The notes beneath the pieces are model-generated. The model was not told the DNA's origin. It made no database searches and worked only from the letters and a program-made list of their open reading frames with translations. Below, piece after piece: positions 1-12,840 of a stretch of 49,778 nt of DNA. The stretch is taken from NCBI RefSeq assembly GCF_001194135.2, contig NC_068986.1, forward strand, positions 96,700,483 through 96,750,260, read 5' to 3'. This stretch comes from Octopus bimaculoides. Lineage: Eukaryota. Position 1 is the first letter of the stretch. Each line of letters opens with the position of its first letter. The translations under genes were made by a program, and so were the position numbers.

Positions 1-61
1 GCGCGTCCACCTCCCGGTCGTTTCGGCCCGCACGGTTCCTCCGAGGGTGCTCTTCGCCGAG

Positions 62-97
<36 letters not shown>

Positions 98-200
98 GTT
101 AGTGGGTGAACAATCCAACGCTTTGCGAATTCTGCTTCGCAATGATGGGAAGAGCCGACATCGAAGGATCAAAAAGCGACGTCGCTGTGAACGATTGGCT

Positions 201-243
<43 letters not shown>

Positions 244-640
244 CGGCAGACGCATAGCTCGCCACTGTTATTTGGAAAGGATCGATGGGCCATGCTTTCG
301 CGGTCTGTATTCGTACTCAAAATTGAGATTGAGCAAGCTTTTGCCCTTTTGCTCAACGCGTGGTTTCTGTCCACGCTGAGCTTGCCTTGGGACACCTGTG
401 TTACCGTTTGACAAACATACCGCCCCAGTCAAACTCCCCGACCGACACTGTTCTCGACAAAGGATCGTGCATTGGCTGCGTCGGTGCCCGCGAAGGCGCT
501 CGACATGCACCGCGTGCTTCGCACCAGATAATAAACCATTGCTCGGCGATGGCCCGATCTTCAAAGGAGCATAACCAGCGGATAACCCCAGACAGCAGTC
601 ATCACTTGTAGCCGAGAGAATTTTTGCAGGGCCACATTTG
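62..640 (-). rRNA. 28S rRNA fragment (orphan copy, peptidyl-transferase region)
   Basis: The minus strand has universal LSU motifs GGGGAGTTTGACTGGGGCGG, GAGGTGTCAGAAAAGTTACCACAGGGATAACTGGC, GGATTGTTCACCCAC and GCTGGGTTTAGACCGTCGTGAGACA. Homology is clear for 62-~530; 530-640 is probably an expansion segment. Confidence 0.95.
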
Positions 641-654
641 TGGACCTTCACATA

Positions 655-812
655 TTCACACACACAGAGTTTTTTTTCAGTTGTTGTCTACCAAATCCTC
701 TCACTAACCTTTAGTTCCCCACAGGACTGTAGTAGGAGACACTTGTCTTAGGTGCTGCATAACAAGACTGAACCTAAGTCTTCATGGTTGGGAAGCTGAC
801 TTCTTAACTATA
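655..812 (-). mobile_element. tRNA-derived SINE, family B, 5' half (decayed)
   Basis: Matches other copies in the window (ctaccaaatcc..ctcac..., gacacttg, catggttgggaagc..cttcttaac) and ends at a CA microsatellite. Confidence 0.7.
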
Positions 813-958
813 CAAGCATGCCTATAATAATATGCAAATACTGAATCTTTGAAATAGTTATAAATTTAGTGATAAAAGAAAAAAAATTAATATGATACAA
901 ACATAAAGGAGAGATTAGCAAGATCCATTAAACATTGATTTTGATGTTTTTTTTTTTT

Positions 959-1248
959 CGAGCGAGATCGTTGCCAGTGTCCCTGGACTGGCTCTTGTGC
1001 GGGTGGCACATGAAATGCACCATTTTGAGCGTGGCCGTTGCCAGTACCGCCTGACTGGCCTTCGTGCGGGTGACACGTAAAAGCACCCACTACACTCTCT
1101 GAATGGTTGGCGTTAGGAAGGGCATCCAGCTGTAGAAACTCTGCCAAATCAGATTGGAGCCTGGTGTCGCCTCCTGGTCCACCAGTCCTCAGTCAAATCG
1201 TCCAACCCATGCTAGCATGGAAAGCGGACGTTAAACGACGACGACGAC
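959..1248 (+). mobile_element. 3' end of RTE-like LINE with (GAC)n tail
   Basis: Ends gtccaacccatgctagcatggaaagcggacgttaaacgacgacgac, the same terminus as the RT-bearing copy at 47201-49009. Confidence 0.85.
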
Positions 1249-2818
1249 TTACAAGTCGGTTGAAATCATAAATCTTTCTATAAATTCCAATCCAATAATT
1301 TCATATACATTTTCCCCATTTGATGTGTTATCAAACACTTGTTAGAGAATCAAATAAATAAGTCAAACAACAGAAATTAAGAAATAGTCAATGTTACTTT
1401 ATTTCATGATAGAAAATATTACAAATGGACCCTTGTAAGGAGGTTTTAAATTGTTTTTGTAAATCTTTTTTCTCTCTTAGTGTTTGTTACATTATGCCTT
1501 CATTTGTTTTAAAAAATATAGCATTTAATTTATGGGACAATAAATTATAAAAGTATATGGTTGGGTCACACTAAAATGCAAATCGGTAAAAAGGGTCAAT
1601 ATAAAAAAAAATAATAATTAGCTGTATATAGCATAACGAAAAATGCTGAGAAGGGTGTAATCATCAATAAAGGTTGTAATGTTTAAGCTAAAAACACATA
1701 TACTATAGCATAAACAAATGTTTTGAAACCAATATTAAGCAGTATTTACCAAGCGTTTCATATGAAAAATATTACAAATCCACTTAAATCAATATTCCTG
1801 ATTGTCGTGAAGTTCAAATTCATCTTTTTTGGTTGCAAATTCAATATTTTGATGAGAACATGGCTGTCACTCAAAAACCTTGTGGGGTTTGCTATATTTT
1901 GATTCATTTTTTTCACTGATCACTTTAGTTGTATAAAAAAAAAGGTAGACAACTGTGAAGATTAAAAATATAAGATCATATGCACATACAGTGATAGTAA
2001 TTCAAAACTGAATTCATTTACATGAGTTTCTTTTTTCTTAATATCATATTCACATTCGTTTTAATAAATTTATAAAGATCAATTCTTTGGTAGTTCAAGG
2101 CTTAATGAACAATGAAATTAAACAACTGTCAGTTGCATCTTAAACCTTGATCTGTCTTGTTTACACTACACTGTCTTTCAACGTTTGTAGCTAATCCATA
2201 CATTTGAGGCCTCTATTATTTCTCACTCTCCAATGTATTTTATTTAGCTGTGTAGCATTGACAATGCATCTCATTTAGTTATGTAGCAGTTTCTAGAATG
2301 GTGCCACTATATAATGATTATCGTTAACATGATTAAATGAGCCTCTACTGCAAATTCAAAGATAGTAGAGTTTTATAAATTCACCCCTTTGACATGCTAT
2401 CAAACAATTGTTGAAGAATCCAATAAGAAATAGCAGCCAAGTAACCACTACCAGTTAAAAAAATGAAGGACATGTAAGATAAACCTGAATTGACTATGTT
2501 TAAAAAACGACAAAAATTGGATTGTCACAGCTGGAAAACTTGAGGTCAGCCAAAACACTGCTGACCCTGGGTAAAACACAATACTCTAATTGATTCAATA
2601 AATTATATAGTATTATGTTAGGCTTTCAGCACCTCAGCCACCATCTCTAACATATTCACAACATTTTCTACCTTCATATATATATAATCTGATTGACCAT
2701 AAATTTTACCAACAAACCCAGCTGCACCTGACTCATTGTTACATCTACATTCCTCAAACAACCACTTTTTGGAGGAACACTATGGTTATTTTTTCATAGT
2801 TACAGTAATGTGTATGTA

Positions 2819-4356
2819 CAGTCATGGCCAATGATTTTGGCAAACAGTTTTTTTTTTTGCTACTTCATGTGAAATATCATGTGAATGTTAATGATTTAAT
2901 ATTATTTTAACAGGTTATCCGTTATCCAATAAGATTTGAAAGAAAAACTGTTGAAAAACTAATAAATACTGCAAATAATCATCAGTTTGCAGAACTGGTT
3001 ATATTTCTTACAAGTGGAAATCACATTTCTCTTCATAATTTCAAGTTGGAATCGCATACAAACTAATACTTAATAACCAGAACAGTAAGTAAAGTATGAT
3101 GTCATAACGCCATGAGCCTTTTATGATTGGATTTTAATTAATGTGTGCTCTTTTCCATACAAAAACTTCAAATTTTATTTTCTGTTATTGCAAGGATGGC
3201 ATTGGCACAAGAAAAACGTCAGTCAATAATTTCTTTCTACCAAAATGGCCTAACAACACAAGATATTGTTGCTAAAGGCATTGCAGCTGAAAGAACTGTG
3301 TACAGGATTATAAAACCTTTCAAAGAGACAGGATCCTTGACAGTGAAAAAAACCCCCTGGTTGTCAATGTCTGTCCTCTGACTGCCAAGATAAGGCTTTG
3401 GTGAGAAATTCATTGCGGGATCAAAGTGCCGGCAGCAAACAGCTTGCTAAAGAGTTGGAATCAGCTGGTGTCAGGGCTTCTGCTTGAACTGTTAGACGAC
3501 GACTTCTTGACAATAGTCTTGCTTCACAGAGTGCTGCAAAGAAACCTTTTTTTGCCCATAAGAAACGTGAAGGACAGAGATGCCTTTTGCAGAAAATATA
3601 AAAATTGGTCTAATGAACAATGGGACAAAGTGATTTTTTCTGATGAAGCACCATTTCAATTGTTTGGGATATCTGGAAAAAGGTTCATCAGAAGGCGACA
3701 AGGTGAATGCTATGATGAGGCCTGCATCGTGTTCACAGTCAAGTATCCAGAAACTATTCATGTGTGGAGTTGCTTTTCATCCAAGGGCGTTGAATCATTG
3801 TCAGTTTTGTCAAAAAAACATTTCTATGAATTCCATAGGGTACCAAAATATCCTTGAAAACCATCTCCTTCTAACTATTGAGAGACAGTTTGGTGAAGAA
3901 ACGTGCATTAATTAAAAAGTATCTTGGAAATAAAGGTATTGAAATTTTGGAGCCTTGGCCTGAAAATTCTCCAGATTTAAATCCTATTGAAAATTTGTGG
4001 TCCATCCTTAAAATCTGAGTTGACAGAGAAAATTCAACAAATATTGAACAGTTGAAGGCTTTTGTACAGCAAGAATGGAGGTTTGTAAACATAGGACTAA
4101 CTCAATCATTGATTTCCAGTATGCCTAAATGAATCATGGACATCTCAAAACATAGGGGTCACCACTGCAAATTTTGAGAGGAAGATGAATAACTAAGTAT
4201 CACACCTTATTATTGTTCATATGGTTCAAGTGTGTTATTATTCTTCGTTAATATGCTCATACGTGCTCAAACAAATCGACTTTTTACCTCAAATAAGCAT
4301 ATTTATATATTTTTGGTGCAAAATAACGTTTTTGCCAAGATCAATGGCCACAGCTG
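2819..4356 (+). mobile_element. Tc1-like DNA transposon, full length, inactive
   Basis: TA followed by TIR CAGTCATGGCCAATGATTTTGGCAAAC; the right TIR ending at 4356 matches 21/27. Frameshifted transposase (~3197-4175) contains VIFSDEAPF and [15 protein letters not shown]; the middle QDN motif is deleted. Confidence 0.9.
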
Positions 4357-4439
4357 CACATGTATGTGCAATAAAATTAGACCAATGTTTATGCAGAAAT
4401 CATTTCCTGTAATGTAAACACACATAGATGCAAGTATTG

Positions 4440-4820
4440 CTGTGTAATTAAGAAATATGCTTTGCATCTTGAGGATTCTATGTTTGATTCCACAGTACAG
4501 TACCTTGGGCAACTGTCCTCTACAATAACTCAGGTTGACCAATACCTTGTGAGTGCAATTTGGTAACCAAAGACTGTAAATACCTTTCATACACACACAC
4601 ACACACACACACGTGTTTGAGTGTGTGTGATTGTGTGTCTATGTTTATATTTACCAGTATTGTGTCAAAATGTGTAACTTAGTGATTTGTCAAATGCAGA
4701 TCAATAAAGTAACAAACTGAAAAAAGTACAGGGGTTGATATGATTGACAGAAATCCTCAAAGGAAATGCCCTATCATGGTCATAATCCAGTCACTGAAAC
4801 CAGTAAGAGAGTATAGACTT
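4440..4820 (+). mobile_element. tRNA-derived SINE, family B (decayed, with central AC/TG microsatellite)
   Basis: accttgggcaactgtcctctac...ccttgtgagtgcaatttggta, then a microsatellite; matches the family B layout. Confidence 0.55.
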
Positions 4821-6394
4821 TACAGATCATGCCAAAAAAATCTTGTAAAATTTAGCGCAAAAGGTAAACAATTGTAATTTTATTCTATTATATAATCACA
4901 GCAAAGGAAATTAATTTGTTGTAAGAGGAAGCAGTAGTATCTTTTGCACTGAAGAAGAAAAGAAAAGAGGGAACACAATTTCTAGAGTGCTGTAATGCAA
5001 ATAAAATGATTCAATACCAGTAACTTCAGATAGAGTCAAACAACTAGTCAGTAGTCAGGTGGTTTCATAGCAAAATTCATTTTGTTCTTCTTGGCTTTGA
5101 GATCTGATCCACACACCATTCCTCACAAGCAGGTTCATCATTAGTATAAATGCTAGCTGCAAGCCATAAGGATTGTGAAAAGACAACAACTAAGTGAAAG
5201 CCTGTTTGTGAATACTGGCAATATCTGTAAAGGTCAGCTTCCATATATTACTGAAACAATAGATATTCCGATAGAGACAGAGATAGAAAACTTCTACTAC
5301 ATAAACGGAAAAACTAATGCAAGCCACTGATCACTTCTATGGTAGTAATAACATGGAGATAGAATAGGGTTTACAAAAAGCTATAGAAAGGTAATAGCAG
5401 GAGTAGCAAGGGGAAAATAAATGAACAGTAAATGTCAGACATATAAACCTATATAGTGTGAGAGAAACATCAGATATCTAAAACTGGTGGGGTGTGTGTC
5501 CAGAATGAAGAGGTACAAGGTACCCCCACTCTATCATCCACTTATGATGTTGCCATGATAAAATGCACTCAGTAACCGTTGGTAAACAAAACAATTGAGG
5601 ACAACATGGTGAGGATCCTAACTTTACTGAGGACATGATAACTCCTCTCATGCTGGTGCCATTTATAAAATGCACCCAGTATATCGTTTTTGTAGTTGGT
5701 GATAGGAAGCGCATTTAGCCATAGAAACTAAAATATGCATGAGATGTGGCCCTCAAACCTATCTAAGAGGGTAGTAACTCTCAATAAGAACTGGTTTGGA
5801 CCATAGCAAACTGTTCTACCCATGCCAAGAACTTTGTACGACAATCATATCAGTAAGGAAGAGCGTCATTGTAAAGACTTCAAAACAATATCAGAACCAA
5901 GAATTTGAATAGTAAATCATATCCTGCAACATCCAGATTATCAGTATACACAGATTGCATTCAGACCATAGCAGATATTCTCCAAATTTGAACCTGGAAT
6001 GTTTAAGTTTGAAAGTCAAAACTGCTGGCAAATAATACCATATTTGGTAATGCTGACCAGAAATAATTGCCACAAGTAATTAATATTACTATGTTTGGAA
6101 ATGTTGACCAAAGCTAATTCTATTATAATCATCTTTGATGTGAGTTTATGATAGACATTGACAAACAAAAACAAAAGTATAATTTTAATGTGTAGGAGTC
6201 TTATGGAATGTCCTAGAACTTTTTAGTGAGCTTGGTATAAACTCCATATGCTGTAACCAGCCTAAGCTATGGACATACAAAAGATGTATGTGTGACCACA
6301 GGTTGACTTACAGTGAAAGTGTTTCATGTTTTAGGTATATGGGAGAAATACACACTGAAAATAGACTCTCTTAAATGCTTGGTTGGATCACTGG

Positions 6395-6960
6395 ATGTAG
6401 TCAATAACTTCTGTTAGCTAGAGAGAGGATTGTTCAGAAATACAACAGCCAGGGTAAGAACAGGTTGGAGAAAATTCAGATAGTTACCTCTGTTGGCAAT
6501 GTAGGTTTTTTTCTCACCTCAGAGTGAAGCATAAAGTGTGTGTGAGAACTACTATACTGCATGACAGTGAGATGTGGGCCTTGAGTGCAGAAGACTTGCA
6601 AAGGCTACAAAGAAAAGATACAAACTTACTCCAGTGGATCTGTAATTCTAGTATACATGAATACCAGAGTACAAATGAGCAGAGAGAAAAATCAGATGTT
6701 GGATGCAAAAGAGAAGGCTATGCTGGTCTAGGTATGTGATGATCGTGGAGGATGAATACTGCAGTCCTGGGCACTTCAAGATGGTGGAACCCATGGAAGA
6801 AATGGAATGAAGTGGTGAACGGCTGACTTGAAGATGCTGTATCTCACAGAAGAGGTGACAAAGAACCGTACTGACTGGTGATACAGGGCTGCAGAAGACT
6901 CATCCAACCACAGCCAGGAGTAGTGTTTAAGGGCTGCAATTGATGTATCCTGTCAGGCCT
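6395..6960 (+). mobile_element. RTE-like LINE ORF2 C-terminal fragment (old)
   Basis: Translates CVRTTILHDSEMWALSAEDLQRLQR...LLQWICN, homologous to CVRTAMLHGSETWTVTAEDMRKL in ORF 47740-48708. Confidence 0.8.
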
Positions 6961-7300
6961 ACATTGAAAGTGAAAATAAAATGATGTGGCACCATGGCTA
7001 CTATCTTTGACAAATGTGGTTACAAATGGACAAACCCTACTACTAAAAGAGCTTTTAAAAAACAAAAATAGGGTTGAGCAAACTGAAGGAATGGACAAAG
7101 AGAAAGATAATGGAAAATATGTGGTTGGAAACATGGTGGGGAGGTGGTAGTGTTTCTTGCTGTAAACCTATGGCCTCCCTAGACTATAGTTTTTGATTGA
7201 TTGATAGCTTCTCTCATGTGAAAAAAGAACCATTTTGTACTGCCTGCTTTGCAGTATCATTTTGCAACAATGTGTTATCACAACTTTCAGGATCATTACA

Positions 7301-8566
7301 TCATTCTCCTGTTTGAAGAACATCAGAAATCTTGAATTCATTATCAAATGAATAATTACATTGATAGGTTTCTGCTGCATGAATTGTCATATGCTTCTTT
7401 AAGTTACTATTAACCAAGAAAGTCTTACCACAGATTTCACAACTGAACGGTCTTTCTCCTGTGTGAATTGTTTGATGAGTAGTTACATAAGATTTTCTTG
7501 AAAATGTTTTACCACAAATATCACAGCGGTAAGGTTTCTCACCTGTATGAATTAGTCGATGCCTCTTCAGGTCACCATTATTTGCAAATGCTTTACCACA
7601 CATTTCACACTGGTATGGCTTCTGTCCAGTATGAACCATTATGTGTCTCTTTAAGTCATCATTATCAGCAAACCTTCTACCACAAATATCACAATGGTGT
7701 GGTCTCTCTCCAGTATGGATCATTCTATGTCGAGTTATGTGTGATTTTCTAGAGAAAGCTTTACCACAAATGTCACAGTTATGTCGTTTTTCTCCTGCAT
7801 GAGTTTGCTTGTGTTTCTTTAGTTCTTCACAATTTGTGAAAGTCTCACTACAAAGTTTACACTGTAATGCTTTCTCTCCAATGTGAACCATTTTATGCTT
7901 AACTGCATTACCTTTATGTGGAAATGTTTTACCACAAATGTCACATTTGTGTGGTCTCTCCCCTGTGTGAATTACTTTATGATGTGTTATGTTCCCTCTA
8001 CTTGAGAATGCTCTGCCACAAATGTCACAGTTGTAGGGTTTCTCTCCAGTATGAACCAGTTTGTGACTAGTTAACTGAGGTTTTCTAGAAAATGCTTTCC
8101 CACAAACATCACAGCGATGTGGCCTCTCTTCACTATGAACTATCTTATGTTGAGTCATGTACACTTTACTTGTAAATGTTTTACCACAAACATCACAACA
8201 GAATGGTTTTTCTCCAGTATGACCCATTAAATGGCTAGCTAACTGGTGTTTCCTGGAGAATGTTTTATTGCAAATGTCACAATGATGTGGCTTCTCTTTA
8301 GTATGGATTATTTTATGTTGAGTCATGTACACTTTACTTGAGAATGTTTTACCACAAACATCACAGCCAAATGGTTTCTCTCCAGTATGAACCATTATGT
8401 GGCTAGCTAACTGTTGTTTTGTTGCAAATGTTTTTTCACATATGTTGCAATTAGGTGGTTTCTCTTCAGTATGAATCTGTTTATGCAGGTTAAGCAGTGA
8501 ATTGTTCGAAAACTGCATGCCACAAATTTCACACTGGTAGTCTGCCTTTTCTGTATTGTCTTCCAT
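7301..8566 (-). CDS. C2H2 zinc-finger protein ZNF-1 (14 tandem fingers, 421 aa from first ATG)
   Basis: Intact ORF with 14 C-x2-C-x12-H-x3-H units and TGEKP-type linkers. In-frame TGA at 8600-8602 upstream; the track start at 8590 is TTG and the first ATG is at 8566. Acceptor tgtattttag ends at 8701. Confidence 0.93.
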   Translation of the reverse strand: MEDNTEKADYQCEICGMQFSNNSLLNLHKQIHTEEKPPNCNICEKTFATKQQLASHIMVHTGEKPFGCDVCGKTFSSKVYMTQHKIIHTKEKPHHCDICNKTFSRKHQLASHLMGHTGEKPFCCDVCGKTFTSKVYMTQHKIVHSEERPHRCDVCGKAFSRKPQLTSHKLVHTGEKPYNCDICGRAFSSRGNITHHKVIHTGERPHKCDICGKTFPHKGNAVKHKMVHIGEKALQCKLCSETFTNCEELKKHKQTHAGEKRHNCDICGKAFSRKSHITRHRMIHTGERPHHCDICGRRFADNDDLKRHIMVHTGQKPYQCEMCGKAFANNGDLKRHRLIHTGEKPYRCDICGKTFSRKSYVTTHQTIHTGERPFSCEICGKTFLVNSNLKKHMTIHAAETYQCNYSFDNEFKISDVLQTGE

Positions 8567-8972
8567 CAAGTTGTGTTTCTGCAGTAACAACTTAAATATT
8601 CAGAATGGTGTGATGCCTATCAGTATTTTCCTGTGCAAATTTCCAATTTCTCTCAAAGGATCTCCAATTTGATAACTATTTTCCAAAATGCAAACATTTC
8701 CTAAAATACAACAAAATTAACATTAACAACACAGAGATAACTATTAAACTTATAAGAGAATTCATTCAGGAATATCATCATGAAAACCTAACTCTACCAT
8801 CACCTTTAACAGAACACAATGACATGGTGTACATCCAACATTTGTTTTACATCAGATAGTATAGTCTGAATAACAGAATAGCATGGATACAGGTGGAAAG
8901 TTGTTTACAGAAAAATGCTTAAATATGCAAAAGTCATTTTGTATATAAATCACAATATTTGTATGTACTTAC

Positions 8973-9111
8973 ACAGTATCAGGTGTGTATACTGTACATA
9001 GTATTCTGGATGAATGTTCTACACACATTTTTTATTAAGTTGGTCAGAGGAAAAGGGCAATGCCCATGACTTTTATATTTATCTTCCAGCCTAGTGATTA
9101 GTGCTAAGCAT
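8973..9111 (-). other. Predicted non-coding 5' UTR exon of ZNF-1
   Basis: Acceptor ctctctgttttctctgcag before 9111 and donor GTAAGT at 8972 give a 272-nt intron to the acceptor at 8701. The exon starts ATG CTT AGC ACT AAT CAC TAG (short uORF). Confidence 0.55.
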
Positions 9112-9345
9112 CTGCAGAGAAAACAGAGAGTGAACCAGAAGCCTGGTCTGAATCTTTGCAACAGAATGAACCCAGCTAAAGTACCCTGATCAAGACAAAT
9201 TATCGAAAGCATTTCAGACTTAACCATATTTCCACAGACATAATGTATCTATGACTACATTTCTTTAATAAAGTCTTCTTTTGTTAAAATATCACAATGT
9301 GATATGAGTGAGATTTGGTTATTTCTAGCTAGAAAGTGTATAATA

Positions 9346-9480
9346 TCATCATCATCGTTTAGCGTCCACTTTCCGTGCTGGCATGGGTTGGACGGTTTGA
9401 CTGAGGACTGGCAAGCCAGATGGCTGCACTAGGCTCCAATTTGATCTGGCAGAGTTTCTACAGCTGGATGCCCTTCCTAA
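9346..9480 (-). mobile_element. 3' end of RTE-like LINE with (GAT)n tail
   Basis: tcatcatcatcgtttagcgtccactttccgtgctggcatgggttggacg matches the LINE terminus. Confidence 0.8.
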
Positions 9481-10245
9481 AATAAGATGGGGTGATCATG
9501 GTTGGAATATCTTTCATTAATCTGCTTGATTAGAGTTGACCTGAGGCTAAACAACAAGAAAAGAGAGCTTCTAAGTGGTGGTTTGACTGCTAGAAATAGC
9601 AGCCAAATGACCCTATTGACATTTCACTGTGCTTGAATATTTATTACTGTGTTTCTTTATTGTTGTAATGAGTGTTGTCACTTGTACTATTACTGCCTTC
9701 TTTCAGTGACCACTGTGGTCATTGTTATGGACTGGTAGAATTGCTAGAGCATTAGAAAAAAATACCTTTATGTTTTAAGTTTAAATCCAGCCAAGGTCAG
9801 CTGCTATTCTTGTACCTAAATTTAATACAAATATTATGGTACAAATAAAATTCTTTCAATACAGTTTCAATTTTCATTTATCTGGATAACACAGTTCTGT
9901 ATGTATTAGAATGGAATGTGTTGGATCACAGGTTAGCTTGATAACAGCAGACCTGGGACGAAACCAGAAGAATACTTAGTTTTAGCAAAGAGGAATACAC
10001 TGGGAAATATGGGCTAAAGTACAATGTATTTGGGGGTAAGAAGACCGGATGGTGAGGACTTTTGACTATAAGTTCCACTTGATCTGTGGCCAAACAATAA
10101 ATACCAACATTAATTTACATCAACCATTTATGCTCAATGCATCAAACAAAAAAAAATGGTTGAAAAGAAACACTCTAGAGAAGTGATTGCCATATTAGAA
10201 TCTCAAATATAATATATATTGACAGCCAATATTTTACTTTACCAA

Positions 10246-10448
10246 GGAGGTGAACAGGCAGAATCATTAGCATGCTGGACGAAGTGCTTGGTGGCAGCTC
10301 ATCTGTCTTTATGTTCTGAGTTCAAATTCTACTAAGGTCTACTTTACCTTTCAGGTTAGATAAAAAAAAGTACCAGTTGAGCACTAGGATCAAAGTAATC
10401 AACTTACTCCTCCCCGAAATTGCTGGCCTTGTGCCAAAACTTGGAAGC
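10246..10448 (+). mobile_element. tRNA-derived SINE, family C
   Basis: B-box-like gagttcaaattc followed by ...aagtaccagttgagcact...ccttgtgccaaaa. Further copies at ~12405-12555, 29015-29160, 30922-31127 and 45085-45240. Confidence 0.7.
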
Positions 10449-10584
10449 AATATTTTACTTTATCATATAACTTCTATCTTTCCCCACTCTTAAACATGCT
10501 ACAAACTTAACCCTTTTGATACTAACCCACCTGAGACCACCCCTAGTTCTGAGACAGACTTTAAACTCATCTACACAAAAACGT

Positions 10585-10830
10585 TCCATATTAGCCTTGT
10601 GAGTAGATTTGGTAGATGGAAACTGAAAGAAGTCAGTTGTGTGTGTGTGTGTGTGTGTGTGTGTAGTGGGGGAGGAGCTTTGTGTTTGTCCTCCATTGCC
10701 GCTTGACAACTGGAGTTGGTTTGTTTACATCCCCGTAACTTTTAGTGGTTCAACATAAGAGACTGATAGAGTAGCTGGCTTTAAAAAATAAGTAATGGGA
10801 TTGGTGATTTCAACTAATAACCTTCATTAT
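10585..10830 (+). mobile_element. SINE family B, central and 3' part with (TG)n
   Basis: gccttgtgagtagatttggtagatggaaactgaaagaag-(TG)n-tgtgtttgtcc...gcttgacaac...ccccgtaactt. Confidence 0.75.
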
Positions 10831-11619
10831 TATTTTTAAAAAATAATTAAAACAAAAACTGTGTATTTTAACAGAAATATGACGATGAAAGTGTTAACAG
10901 GCTTTGGTTATTTCTTTTAAATAGTTGATCTATTTAATGATACCAGAGAATTAATACATGTATCGATAAATCACCAGAGATGTATGTTTTCAAAATCCAT
11001 CACCTTTGACACAAAACAGAATTGACAGAAAATTCACAGACACACAATATGAAATTGCTTAAAATTGATCACTAAGATTTATTAACGTGACTTGATTATT
11101 ATTTTATAGTATAATTTGCCATAGAATATGTAGGCTGATAAATCGCTTCTATGTGTAAACAATTCTCGTCCGTCAAGACGCTTTTCTCAGTCACTTCTGT
11201 TTTAAACCGGAGGAGGTCAGCATGGTTAGCTTTCAAAACGTACTTCTCCGACAAGCCTACTATACCTATTCACGCATGTGTAAACATGTTTCGATACAAG
11301 TGCTTACATACGTTTCCACATACGTACACAACGCATGTATGTTTACAGAAACAAACGATTCCTATTTCATAAAATTGTTCTTGTACACACAATGGCAACG
11401 TTTTTTTAAACCTTTTCTATCGATTTCAAGCTTGCTTATCCAAAATTTTATATCTTCGAAGAGGGGCCCTTGCTAGGAAACCTCAAAATTCACATTCAAA
11501 ATGATTTGTGTGAAATCCACGAACTGTACGAATTTTGTAACTCGATTTTACTAACACAAATCATAACTAATTTTCTTAGAATCTATTACATACATATCAC
11601 GGAAGCTAGTCCATAAGTA

Positions 11620-11805
11620 CCGTTAGGTGTTAAGTCTCAGGTCAGTCGTGATCGAGCAGGCCTATAATCAAATACGTCCCAGTCGTGACTAACCCGTCTT
11701 TTTCGTATTTTAGTTACAACATCGTCTAATTTATTAATTACTTAAGACGGTATGATGTGATTAAAGAGAGATTTTGCTGCTGTTTCTAGCAAGTCAGCGA
11801 TAATA
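11620..11805. repeat. Dispersed repeat family D
   Basis: caggtcag..tgatcgagcag.cctat ... gagattttgctgctgtttctagcaagtc. Related copies near 9490, 13800, 24360, 33440, 35680, 42321 and 45330. Confidence 0.6.
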
Positions 11806-12682
11806 TGGAGTAACTGAATGCTTGAAACAATCCTTGTGTGACAGACTTAATGGCAAATGGCAGTGAAACGAGAAAAAGACTGATTATGGGACAAAATGTA
11901 ATGAAGGTGTTGGGAATTAGGTAAAAAAAAAAATAGTCCATATTGATATATAAGTCGTTAATATATAATACTAATAATAACTTTTTAAGTCATTTGATGA
12001 CGCCCATGGTGGGGTACCGAACATAAAAATGAATTTCTAACATAACGTACAAACAAGGTCACACATTTTGTGGTGGAAGAAAAATGATCAACTATATTGA
12101 CCACAGAACTTAACTGGAACTTTATTTTACCAAACCCCAAGTAAGATAAAAAGCAAAATAATGACCATGGCAGGATTCGAACCCAGAACATAAAAAGCTG
12201 AAACTGAAAGCATTTTATCCATCACCTTCTACTTATTATTTTATTAATGTTTAACACACACACGGGATATAGCCGGCTATATCACACCTTGATATTTTAC
12301 CGATACTTTATTTTTAATCGATTCCAGATGGATAAAAGTCAAAATCGACCACATCGGCGAAATCTGAACCTAATAATATAAAATATAATGCTTATTATTA
12401 GAGTATTATTTACGTTTTGAGTTCAAATCCTGCCAAGGTAGATTCTGTCTTTCACCCTTTTGGGATCTATAAAATAAAGTACCTGTGGGTTTGATATAAT
12501 CGAGTATATTCATCCTTTTTACCACTAAAATATGTTCTTGTTTCCAGTGTTAGAAATCAATTACTCAAAGTAAAGCAACAAAACATGAAGTAAAAAAAAT
12601 CACAGGTTTTTGTTTCATCTTCAATCGTCGGTCACAGAAAATCAAAATAACAAAAAGGTAAATTTCGAACGGTTATCCCCTA

Positions 12683-12840
12683 CCTGTGCTGCATTTAGTT
12701 TCTGGCCGTTTGGAATTATATTGAAGAGATATGGGATGCGAGAAAGATCAAACGATGGCCATAATTCTTGAACTGGAAACAGAGAAATGTTTCAGAGAAC
12801 AATGAAAATTAGAAAAAATGTGCTGACATCTAATTTGCAT
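12683..12840 (-). promoter_or_regulatory. Candidate first-exon donor and promoter of ZNF-1
   Basis: Minus-strand donor ACAG|GTAGGG at 12683 and octamer ATTTGCAT at 12833-12840 in locally CpG-containing non-repeat DNA. Motif evidence only. Confidence 0.25.

Noticed and set aside
106-663. ORFs of 60-131 aa at the window start
   Set aside because: Chance frames in 28S rDNA.
8591-8700. N-terminal coding extension or effector domain for ZNF-1
   Set aside because: In-frame TGA at 8600-8602; splicing from the 8973 exon does not open the frame.
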